From a virus (Duplodnaviria > Caudoviricetes), in the IMG/VR virus record IMGVR_UViG_3300042366_001181, positions 1-34,657 of that record: 34,657 nucleotides of DNA; one strand, 5' to 3'. This document shows, in pieces, positions 26,289 through 34,608 of the stretch. Below the pieces are notes generated by a model that did not search any database, was not told the origin of the DNA, and worked only from the letters and a program-made list of their open reading frames with translations. Position 1 is the first letter of the stretch. Each line of letters opens with the position of its first letter. The position numbers and the translations under genes were made by a program.

Positions 26289-26909
26289 ATGTCCTACATC
26301 CAAAAACCCAACACCTGCCCGAAATGCGGTTCGCCGCAAGAATCACCAGAACTGGACGGAACCACAGCGCGTATTTGGTTTACCTGCGGGAGCTACGGCT
26401 ACGCAGACGAACCAGAACAACTCGTCTACAGGTCAGACAAATGCCTCGTCAGAGAGGAAATTAACACCCTGCAGCGCAAGGTCGAGGAACTGCAGATCGA
26501 GTTGGATTTCGCCAACGAAGCCATCGATCAGCGGGAGCGTTCTCGCAAAGAGACCGAAACACGACTTTGCGAGATCCAAGCTGCACAGGATTATTGGCAT
26601 AGCAAATGGAAAGATGCGTGTGAAAACGCCAGAATTAAACACAAACAAGTTTGTGAACTAAAGCGGGAGCGAAACAGGCTTATCGACGACCTCCAAGCCT
26701 CCACGATCCACAGTTGCGGGGACTCCTGCAGTCGCCCCATGTGTGTGTTGCGGAGGGAGAGGGATGCTTACAAGGAGGCGTTGCAGATGTGTGTTTTTTG
26801 GGCTGAATCCATCAGCCGTAGAGTCACCGAGGACAGAGACAGCATAAATTGGACGGGACTGCAGATAGCTCGCAAGGCTCTGGCAGACATCCAAAAGGAG
26901 GCGAAATGA
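26289..26909 (+). CDS. hypothetical protein (Zn ribbon + coiled coil)
   Basis: ATG 26289; CPKCGS..FTCGS; lower GC. Confidence 0.6.
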   Translation: MSYIQKPNTCPKCGSPQESPELDGTTARIWFTCGSYGYADEPEQLVYRSDKCLVREEINTLQRKVEELQIELDFANEAIDQRERSRKETETRLCEIQAAQDYWHSKWKDACENARIKHKQVCELKRERNRLIDDLQASTIHSCGDSCSRPMCVLRRERDAYKEALQMCVFWAESISRRVTEDRDSINWTGLQIARKALADIQKEAK

Positions 26910-27244
26910 CCAGCGCAGAAATCAACATCGCCATCGCGCAAGCGTGTGGGTGGACGGACACCGAAATCGTCAATGAGGGTGGAAAGCTAATGTATGGGCA
27001 GACAGAAGTTCCAAACTATTGCAACGATCTCAACGCTATGCACAAAGCCGAGATGCGTATTCCAGAAGACAGGCAAGCCGTATACGACACGCACTTGGTC
27101 GCTATCGTTGGCAAGGAAACGGGCCTAATGCCCAGCTTGCAGTTTCGCTGCATTCACGCATCAGCAAAACAGCGAGCCAAGGCATTCCTGCGAACTGTCG
27201 GAAAATGGACGCCGCAGCAGTGGGGCGCAACAAAAACCAAGTGA
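26906..27244 (+). CDS. hypothetical phage protein
   Basis: AGGAGG RBS, ATG 26906; INIAIAQACGW...PNYCNDLNAMH...ASAKQRAKAFLRT pattern. Confidence 0.65.
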   Translation: MTSAEINIAIAQACGWTDTEIVNEGGKLMYGQTEVPNYCNDLNAMHKAEMRIPEDRQAVYDTHLVAIVGKETGLMPSLQFRCIHASAKQRAKAFLRTVGKWTPQQWGATKTK

Positions 27245-27295
27245 CCTCAGCCATCTGAACACGTCACTCGTCACAAGTCACACGTCAGGCGCCTT

Positions 27296-28993
27296 ATGAT
27301 TTTCACCCAGCACCAAATTCATAAGGCGCCGTCCATCCTCGGCCGCGACCCCGCCGGCAACGTCCTCGTCCGCTTCGACGACGGCGTCCGCCGCATGACC
27401 CCGGATCAGCTCGTCGAATTCCACAAACTTTTCGAAGAGCGCATCCGTCTCGAGATCGAAGATCCTTACCGCTACGGCGCCGTCCTGCCCGTTTGGTCCA
27501 CGGCCGACCGCCAATTCGCCGAACTCCGCGAGCAATTCCCCAAAGGCGTCACCGAGCTCCTCATCCTCGGCGGCAACCGCGCCAGCAAATCCCGCTACCT
27601 CGCCCGCCGCGCCGTGCAGATCCTGGTCAATACCCCCGGCGCCAAAGTCTGGTGCCTGCAATCCACCGAAGCCTCCAGCATCCAGAACCAGCAACCCTAC
27701 ATCTGGGAATACCTGCCCGCCGAATGGAAACCCGCCGCCTCCGGCAAACTCCGCAAAGGCGTCGTCACGAACATCACCTACTCGCAGAAAGGCGGATTCA
27801 CCGAAAACTCCTTCGTCCTCCCGAACGGCAGCCAGTGCTGGTTCAAATTTTACTCCATGGACGTCAAAGCCGTAGAAGGTGCCGAATTAACCTACTGCTG
27901 GGCCGACGAACTCGTCAGTCCCGAGTGGATCGAAGCCCTCCGCTTCCGCCTCATCACCCGCAACGGCGAGCTCGCCGTCGGCTTCACGCCCGTCCTCGGC
28001 TACACCGACACCGTCGCCGAATACCTCGCCGGCGCCATCACCCTCGAAGATACCGAAGCCGAGCTCGTCCTCGACATCAAAGGCCGCCCCATCCGCGTCC
28101 CCCGCGTCCAGCAATGCGCCAAGCCCACCGCCCGCGTCGTCTACTTCCACACTGCCGACAACCCCTTCGGCAACTACGACGCGATGAAGACCGAACTCAT
28201 CAAGTCCCCCAAAGACCGCATCCTCATGCGAGCCTACGGCGTCCCCACGAAAAAGGCCGCCAACATGTTCGTCAACTTCAATACCAACATCCACGTCATC
28301 CCCCCCGACCGCGTGCCGAAACGCGGCGTCAACTACCAAGTCGTCGATCCCTGCTCCGGCCGCAACTGGTTCATGATCTGGGCGCGATTCGACGCCGCCG
28401 GCCGCTGCTTCGTTTATGACGAATGGCCCAGCCAAGTCCGCGAAGTCCCCGGCGTCGGCCTCCCCGGCCCCTGGGCCGTCCCCGGCGGCAACAACCCCGA
28501 CGGCATTGCCGGCGACGCCCAGCGCAGCTTCGGCTTCGGGTTGAGCCACTACAAACTCGAGATCGAAAACATCGAAACCCGCCACGCCCGCGACGCCGAA
28601 GACTTCGTCATCTTCGAGCGCATCATGGACAGCCGGTATGGCAACGCCGCCACCGTCGCCAGGGAAGGCGCGACAACCTTGATCGAAGAATGCAGCGAGA
28701 TCGGCCTCCACTTCACCGCCGCCCCCGGCGACGGCATCGCCGAAGGCGTCACCATGATTATCAACTGGCTCAGCTACGACGACAGCCAGCCCATCGGCGC
28801 CCTCAACCAGCCGACCCTGTATGTCACGAGCAACTGCAAAAACCTCATCTTCGCCTTGAGCCAATACACGGGGACGGGCCCCAAAACCTCCGGAACAAAA
28901 GATGCAATCGACGTCCTGAGATACCTCGTCCTCAGCGGCGCCAGCTACCACGACAACACCGACCTCAGCTTCCAACCCCTAGGCAGCTACTGA
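27296..28993 (+). CDS. terL: terminase large subunit
   Basis: GGNRASKS (variant Walker A), YCWADE Walker B, GFTP motif, VVDP nuclease motif, KDAIDVLRY. Confidence 0.9.
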   Translation: MIFTQHQIHKAPSILGRDPAGNVLVRFDDGVRRMTPDQLVEFHKLFEERIRLEIEDPYRYGAVLPVWSTADRQFAELREQFPKGVTELLILGGNRASKSRYLARRAVQILVNTPGAKVWCLQSTEASSIQNQQPYIWEYLPAEWKPAASGKLRKGVVTNITYSQKGGFTENSFVLPNGSQCWFKFYSMDVKAVEGAELTYCWADELVSPEWIEALRFRLITRNGELAVGFTPVLGYTDTVAEYLAGAITLEDTEAELVLDIKGRPIRVPRVQQCAKPTARVVYFHTADNPFGNYDAMKTELIKSPKDRILMRAYGVPTKKAANMFVNFNTNIHVIPPDRVPKRGVNYQVVDPCSGRNWFMIWARFDAAGRCFVYDEWPSQVREVPGVGLPGPWAVPGGNNPDGIAGDAQRSFGFGLSHYKLEIENIETRHARDAEDFVIFERIMDSRYGNAATVAREGATTLIEECSEIGLHFTAAPGDGIAEGVTMIINWLSYDDSQPIGALNQPTLYVTSNCKNLIFALSQYTGTGPKTSGTKDAIDVLRYLVLSGASYHDNTDLSFQPLGSY

Positions 28994-29085
28994 AAAGCTG
29001 AAATCTGAAATGCTGAAATCTCAAATTTCCAATCTCCAATCCCCAATCCCCAACTGCCAACTGAATACTGCCAACTGAAAACTGT
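28990..29085 (+). repeat. compound heptamer tandem-repeat tract (CTGAAAT/CTCCAAT/CTGCCAA), largest of about 12 such tracts
   Basis: similar tracts at about 706-738, 1496-1514, 22835-22861, 23208-23285, 25323-25352, 25633-25696, 26250-26281, 27259-27288, 29517-29547, 29940-29970, 31809-31839. Confidence 0.85.
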
Positions 29086-29088
29086 TCC

Positions 29089-29268
29089 ATGACCAAACAC
29101 CTATTGAAACGCGCAGACATCCTCGAATGGCTGCAAATCACCCCCGCCACCTACCGCAAGTGGTTAGAGAGCGGACTATTAAAACCCGTCAAACTCCGCG
29201 GCATAGCCAAGAAATGGTTCCGCCGCACCGACATCATCAAAACCCTACAACTAGAAGAAACCCTATGA
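29089..29268 (+). CDS. Xis/MerR-like HTH protein (59 aa, not in ORF track)
   Basis: MTKHLLKRADILEWLQITPATYRKWLESGLLKPVKLRGIAKKWFRRTDII. Confidence 0.7.
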   Translation: MTKHLLKRADILEWLQITPATYRKWLESGLLKPVKLRGIAKKWFRRTDIIKTLQLEETL

Positions 29269-29531
29269 GCGACACGCCACAAACAAACGCATTTATTGAA
29301 TCTCTCCACGACGATTGGGATGTGGAGTTTGCCAGCTTAACGGCACATGCCAAAAAACTTCAGCGCGAGCGCGACGCCCTCAAAGAGCTGTCGATCCAAC
29401 TAGCCAAGGAACTCGTCTCCAAATGCTCCGACCCTGTGCACAAGCATCAAGTCTCTCAACTGCAAGAGGTTGAAGACTACTTCAAGTATCGCCCGCAGAC
29501 CATGTGCACGTCCGGTCCTGCCAACTGCTAA
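29265..29531 (+). CDS. hypothetical protein
   Basis: MSDTPQTNA...HAKKLQRERD pattern; ATGA overlap. Confidence 0.6.
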   Translation: MSDTPQTNAFIESLHDDWDVEFASLTAHAKKLQRERDALKELSIQLAKELVSKCSDPVHKHQVSQLQEVEDYFKYRPQTMCTSGPANC

Positions 29532-29547
29532 CTGCCAACTGAAAACT

Positions 29548-29835
29548 ATGCGAAGCATCTTCACCCGCAAAATCCAACTCAACGTCCCCACGTTGACCGA
29601 CCAAGAAAAGCGCGGCGCCCTGGCCGTCCCCGAAAGCACGCCGCTATGGGCCGCCATCATAGCCATCATCGACGAGCACATCCTCGACGCCCAAGCCATC
29701 GTCAGAGCCCCCCAAACCGCCCAACAACCCCCATTGTTAGCCCACACCGCCGGCGGCCTAGACGCCCTAGCCAGCCTCAAAGAAGACCTAGCCGCCCGAA
29801 GAGCCGACGCCCTCGCCAGCCCCGAATCCCTCTAG
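29548..29835 (+). CDS. hypothetical head-module protein
   Basis: ATG 29548; PLWAAIIAII...HTAGGLDAL helical pattern. Confidence 0.55.
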   Translation: MRSIFTRKIQLNVPTLTDQEKRGALAVPESTPLWAAIIAIIDEHILDAQAIVRAPQTAQQPPLLAHTAGGLDALASLKEDLAARRADALASPESL

Positions 29836-30229
29836 GGTAGGGCGGGGCCTCCGGACCCGCCGGCGATGTGGATAGAAAAGGCAACAGATAACAAAAAGTA
29901 ATGCGTCTTTGTGATCGCCGCGGCGACCGCCTGCCTTTACTCCATGCTCCCTGCTCCATGCTCCATGCTCGGAGCAATGCGCTAATTGATGCTACTTCGT
30001 GCGCGTTGCAGTCCGTTCCGCCGCCATCCCCTCGCAATTCCCCCGCCGCCCCCGCATTGATCCCGGCGCATGGATCAAAGGCAACGCGTCAAAAACAAGT
30101 CAAAGCATGGCGTCGCCACTGCTCTCCGGATCTATTCCACGGACGGCCCCGCTCCTTCATCTATGCACCGGGAAATCGCGCAGGTAAGCGGTCACATTCA
30201 ACCCACTGCGCCTTCCCCAACCTAAGCGC

Positions 30230-31051
30230 ATGCCCAAGAAGAAAGCCGACAAAAAGCCGTCGATCCTCGTCGTCTGCTCCGATCTGCACTGCGGCAGCAC
30301 CGTCGGCCTCATGCCGCCCGACAGCGAGAACCTCGCCGGCAACACCATCAATTTCGGCCGGAACTATCATCAGCGTTGGTTGTGGGAGTGTTGGCAAAAC
30401 GCCCTCAGCCAAGTCGCCACCATCGCCGGCCCCGACCCCTACGCCGTCCTGGTCAACGGCGACGCCACGGAGGGCATCCATCACCGGAGCCCGGAAGTCG
30501 TTGCCAGCTTAATCGAAAACCATTGCGCCATGGCCGCCGAAGCCCTCAAGCCGCTCACCGCCAAAGCCGCCGCCACCTTCGTCGTCAAAGGCACCGAATG
30601 TCATACCCACGACGTCGAGAGCTACCTCGCCAGACTCATCGGCGCCCGAGACGAAGTCGCCCGCGACAAGTGGCTCATCAACATCCACGGCTGCGCCATC
30701 GACGCCACCCACCACATCGGCGCCACCTCCCGCGCCTACCTCGAAGCCAGCGCCCTTTCGATCACCCTCGGCAACGCCCGCCTCAACTCCGTCCGCGCCG
30801 GCCACCCCGTTGCCCAAGTCTACCTCCGCGGACACCGCCATTGCGGCGGCGTCTACAGCGACGGCAGCGGCATGATCGGCGTCACCGGCGGATGGCAATT
30901 CTTGACCCGCCACGGCCACAAAGTCGTCCCCGACAGCATCCCGCGTCCCAGCCTGCTCATCCTCGACTGGCGCGGCAAACCCCAAGGCGCCCTCCCAAGC
31001 CCGCATCACATCTTCTACAACCCCCCGGCGCCCAAAGTGACCCATCTATGA
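30230..31051 (+). CDS. calcineurin-like metallophosphoesterase
   Basis: SDLHCG, NGDATEG, GTECH, THH, GHRH. Confidence 0.85.
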   Translation: MPKKKADKKPSILVVCSDLHCGSTVGLMPPDSENLAGNTINFGRNYHQRWLWECWQNALSQVATIAGPDPYAVLVNGDATEGIHHRSPEVVASLIENHCAMAAEALKPLTAKAAATFVVKGTECHTHDVESYLARLIGARDEVARDKWLINIHGCAIDATHHIGATSRAYLEASALSITLGNARLNSVRAGHPVAQVYLRGHRHCGGVYSDGSGMIGVTGGWQFLTRHGHKVVPDSIPRPSLLILDWRGKPQGALPSPHHIFYNPPAPKVTHL

Positions 31052-31323
31052 GCAAAAAGTCCAAGATCACCGCCGAGCAAATCGAATCCTCGCTCGCCCA
31101 ATTCATCACCGAGCTCAAGAAAAGCCCCGTGAAGCTCGATCATGTCCCCGCCGGATGGTTCACCGTCGCCCAGCTCGCCCAAGAAACCGGCAAATCCATC
31201 TGCATCACCAGCGAACGCGTCCGCAAAATGGTCAAAGACGGCGCCGCCGAACGCAAGGACTACATCATCCAACTCGAACAACGCGCCCGCGCCGTCCCCC
31301 ACTACCGCCTCACCCCCCGGTAG
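31048..31323 (+). CDS. hypothetical wHTH-like protein
   Basis: PAGWFTVAQLAQETGKS...VPHYR; its stop codon lies in the REP GTAG. Confidence 0.6.
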   Translation: MSKKSKITAEQIESSLAQFITELKKSPVKLDHVPAGWFTVAQLAQETGKSICITSERVRKMVKDGAAERKDYIIQLEQRARAVPHYRLTPR

Positions 31324-31354
31324 GGACGGCTGGCCCAGCCGTCCGCCCGCCGCC

Positions 31355-31633
31355 ATGCAGCACCGCTTCCGCATCGCCAGCCGGTCATGGCCCTGGAAAT
31401 ACGTCCGTTTGAAAGGCAAAGCCGACGGCTACGCCTTCACCCCTGAGCCCGGCGACAACAGCTCCGGCCACCGCATCCTGATCGACCGCCGCCTAGTCGG
31501 CCGCAAACGCCTGAGAGTCGAACTCCACGAATTCCTCCACGCCGCCTTCCCCGACATGGCAGAGGAAGTCATCGACCAAAGAAGCCGCGAGCTAACGACA
31601 ATTCTCACCGCCCTAGGTTACAAGCGCAAATGA
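31355..31633 (+). CDS. small HExxH metallopeptidase-like protein
   Basis: ELHEFLHA motif. Confidence 0.6.
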   Translation: MQHRFRIASRSWPWKYVRLKGKADGYAFTPEPGDNSSGHRILIDRRLVGRKRLRVELHEFLHAAFPDMAEEVIDQRSRELTTILTALGYKRK

Positions 31634-31773
31634 GCACCTGGCTCATCGCCAGCGTAGGCATTGTCTACTTTGTCATAGGCGCCGAGATGGCATGGACCGG
31701 CCGCTACGCTCTCATGCTCGTCTGGTGGGGCTACGCCCTGGCCCAAATCGGCCTCTGGCAAGTCTCCCGCTGA
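31630..31773 (+). CDS. small 2-TM membrane protein (47 aa)
   Basis: MSTWLIASVGIVYFVIGAEMAWTGRYALMLVWWGYALAQIGLWQVSR. Confidence 0.6.
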   Translation: MSTWLIASVGIVYFVIGAEMAWTGRYALMLVWWGYALAQIGLWQVSR

Positions 31774-32022
31774 CATTGTAGCGGCGGACTATGTCCGTCG
31801 GTGCCTTTCCACCGAAACACCGCCCCACCGAAACACCGAGGGAATTAAGGCTAATTCGCGCTACTTCGCGTCAGTTCGTGCGAGTTGCAACGCACCCCCA
31901 TAGCAATTCCTCCACCGGCGCCGTAATTCCCCCTGCATGCGCAGGGACTTCTTGATTCACCCCGCACGCACGGCCCACACGCCGGGCAACCCGAATCCTG
32001 CCGGGACTTGGACCCACTAACC

Positions 32023-33072
32023 ATGGCAACAGACACCACCGACAAGGTGCAAACAACCGGTCCGGACGTCACCGACATCGACTTCGCAGACATCGCCGAA
32101 CATCTCGGCGTCCAGTTCGCCAAGCCGACCACCGCGACAACCGAGCCAGACGCAGAAACCAGCGGAACCGAAGCAGCCGACGAAGAGCCAGACTCCGAGC
32201 CAGCCGCCGAAGAATCCGGGGACACCGAAGAAAAAACCGACGAGACCGACGCCGAGCCATCCGACGAGGAAGGCGAGGGGACCGACGAAGAAGCCAAGGC
32301 CGAAGAGCCCGAAGCTCCGACAAAGGTTCAGCAACGCATCGACAAGCTCACCGCCCAAAAGCGCGAAGCCCTCGAGCAGCTCGACGACCTCAAGGCCCAG
32401 CTCGAGGCAGCGAAAGCCGCCGCCGACGCCAAGCCACCGGTCATCATCCAGGACCCCGCCAATCCGCTCAGTTCTTTCACAGACGCAGCCGCCCTCGAGG
32501 CGGAGATTGCAAAGGCCCAAGCGGTCCTTGATTGGACCGACGACCACCGCGACGGCGGCACGGTAACGGTTGCCGGCGAGGAGAAGTATTACGACTCCGA
32601 AGCCGTCAAACAAATCCGCGCCAACGCCCGAGCCCTGGTCAAAGCCGGCCCACGCCAGCAGGAATACATCCGCGTCCGCGAGCAAACGCTCCCGGAAGCC
32701 AAAGCGTTCTATCCCGAATTCTTCCAGAACGGGACCAGCGCCCATCAATTCCTCCAGGCCACGCTCAAGCAATATCCGACCATCGTCAGTTTCCCGAATT
32801 GGGAACTCATCGTAGGCGACGCGTTTGCGGGACAACAACTGCGCATGGCACGTGTCGAGCAGATGCAAAAGCGAGCATCCGCCGACAAGACCAAGAAAGC
32901 ACCGGCGACGAAAGCGGCGGCCACCGACAAGGTGCCGAAAACCCCGACTCCGAGCGCCAGTCCCAAAGTATCTGCAAATTCGAGCGCGGCCCTGCGGCAA
33001 AAGGCCGACACCGCGCTCAAGGCCCGAGGCGATCGCAACGCCCTCGAAGCATTCATGGAAAGCATCGTGTGA
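32023..33072 (+). CDS. capsid scaffolding protein
   Basis: acidic N-terminus, KVQQRIDKLTAQKREA coiled coil, directly upstream of the capsid gene. Confidence 0.8.
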   Translation: MATDTTDKVQTTGPDVTDIDFADIAEHLGVQFAKPTTATTEPDAETSGTEAADEEPDSEPAAEESGDTEEKTDETDAEPSDEEGEGTDEEAKAEEPEAPTKVQQRIDKLTAQKREALEQLDDLKAQLEAAKAAADAKPPVIIQDPANPLSSFTDAAALEAEIAKAQAVLDWTDDHRDGGTVTVAGEEKYYDSEAVKQIRANARALVKAGPRQQEYIRVREQTLPEAKAFYPEFFQNGTSAHQFLQATLKQYPTIVSFPNWELIVGDAFAGQQLRMARVEQMQKRASADKTKKAPATKAAATDKVPKTPTPSASPKVSANSSAALRQKADTALKARGDRNALEAFMESIV

Positions 33073-33126
33073 TGCATTTCCAACCAAGATTCCAAACAAC
33101 ACAACTTTCCCAAGGAGGAAACTAAG

Positions 33127-34140
33127 ATGGCTGAATTAACTATCACGCAGCAAATCGGAGCCCGCGAGGACCTCGCCGATTTGATTGCTGTCGCCGACCA
33201 GAAAAGCACACCGCTGCTTTCCATGGCGAAAAAATCCAAAGACCCGACCAACCCGCTTTTCTCGTGGCTGGTCGACAACCTCGAAGAGCCCGTCCTCACC
33301 GGTGTGCTCTCCAACCAAGACGCCACGACCTTCGCCAACCCGGCTGCCGGTCGCGCCCGTCTCTACGGCCGCATTCAAAAAATGTGGCGTTTGCCGAAAG
33401 TCGACGATCTCGCGGAATCCGTTTCCCAGGTCGCAGGCATCGGCCGCAAACGCGAGATGGCTCGCGCCGTCACCAAGAGCTTGCAGGAACTCGCTCGCGA
33501 TCTCGAGTCCGTGTTCTGCTCCGACCAGGACAGCACCGAACAATCCGGCACCACGCCCTTCAGAACTAGGGGCCTGGGTAGTTGGATTTCCAACTCGGCT
33601 CAATCCGACAGCGCCACCGCCGTTCCCGCTGCCTACCGCACACCCGCTGCCTCGATCAGCACGACCGCGACCAACAGCATCACGGATGGCACCATCCAGG
33701 CGCTGCTCCAGTCGCTCTACGAACAGTGCGGCAAGAACAAGAGCTACACGCTCTTGGCCGGCCCCACGCTGAAACGCCGCTTCACCGGCTTCCAGCAGGT
33801 CCAGTTCGGCAGCGCCAACACCAGCGCCGTCGTGCGCACCTTCAACCAGGATTCCGCCGACATGTCTTACATGGCGAAGGTCGACCTGTTCGTTGGTGAC
33901 TTCGGCGAGCTGGCTCTCACCCCGTCGTTGTTCCTGGCCAAGGACCAAGTCGCCGCTCAACAGCTGCGCCGCGGTTACATCCTCGACATGGACGGCGTCT
34001 CGATCCGTTACAACCGCCGTCCGCGCTATATGCCCTTGGACGACGCCGGCGCCGGCCCCCGTGGCATCGTCGACACGATCGCTGCGCTCCAGGTCGATAA
34101 CCCCTTGGTTCACGGCAAGATCGCCAGCACCGCGGATTAA
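33127..34140 (+). CDS. major capsid protein (DUF5309/SU10-like)
   Basis: AGGAGG RBS; REDLADLI...TPLLSM...FSWLVD...ARDLE...RTRGL...GDFG motifs. Confidence 0.85.
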   Translation: MAELTITQQIGAREDLADLIAVADQKSTPLLSMAKKSKDPTNPLFSWLVDNLEEPVLTGVLSNQDATTFANPAAGRARLYGRIQKMWRLPKVDDLAESVSQVAGIGRKREMARAVTKSLQELARDLESVFCSDQDSTEQSGTTPFRTRGLGSWISNSAQSDSATAVPAAYRTPAASISTTATNSITDGTIQALLQSLYEQCGKNKSYTLLAGPTLKRRFTGFQQVQFGSANTSAVVRTFNQDSADMSYMAKVDLFVGDFGELALTPSLFLAKDQVAAQQLRRGYILDMDGVSIRYNRRPRYMPLDDAGAGPRGIVDTIAALQVDNPLVHGKIASTAD

Positions 34141-34158
34141 TCGGAGGAAATCACTATT

Positions 34159-34608
34159 ATGACAACCAACGCATTCCGCTCACTCCACGAGAGTCCTCGT
34201 GGATTCAACTACCGCTTCGTCATCGATCACACCGATTTGACGACCTCGGCTGACAACACCGCGCAGGACATCACCTTGATCACCCTGCCGGCCAACAGCG
34301 TCGTGAAGTCCGCCGCCACCTACTTGAAGACCCCCTTCGAGCTGGTCGGCACCTCGGCCTACAACAGCAACACCGTCATCGTTGGCGACGCCACCGACGA
34401 CGACCGTTTCATCACGTCGCAGCAGATCAACGTGAACGGCACCGAAGTGTTGGCCAAGGCCCACGCCTCGACCACGCCTCACGCCTACGTTGCCGCGACC
34501 GCGGTGGTCGCCAAGTTCGCCTCCATGGCGAGCCACGACCTGCTCGAGCTCGACAAAGGGGAGATCCACATCTTCCTCGAAGTCGCCCAGCTCGACAGCC
34601 TCAGCTGA
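34159..34608 (+). CDS. capsid decoration/cement-like protein
   Basis: GGAGG RBS; LPANSVV...VGDATDDDRF beta-sandwich pattern after the MCP. Confidence 0.6.
   Translation: MTTNAFRSLHESPRGFNYRFVIDHTDLTTSADNTAQDITLITLPANSVVKSAATYLKTPFELVGTSAYNSNTVIVGDATDDDRFITSQQINVNGTEVLAKAHASTTPHAYVAATAVVAKFASMASHDLLELDKGEIHIFLEVAQLDSLS

Larger units (their letters stand above)
22797..31800 (+). repeat. GTAG-type REP-like hairpins at 22797, 26062, 29837, 31320, 31778
   Basis: GTAG immediately 5' of a 19-21 nt palindrome in each case; the 22797 and 29837 copies are identical. Confidence 0.8.

Noticed and set aside
27569-27592. TerL Walker A GGNRASKS lacking the canonical GK as a sign of inactivation
   Set aside because: Lys/Ser, Walker B and nuclease motifs are intact, and deviant Walker A motifs are known in terminases
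22835-29547. CRISPR array or mini-array
   Set aside because: Repeats are short tandem units or dispersed hairpins with no regular unique spacers; no cas genes
29901-30229. Coding gene upstream of the phosphoesterase (203-aa or 51-aa ORFs)
   Set aside because: Runs through repeat and promoter-like sequence with atypical composition; treated as intergenic
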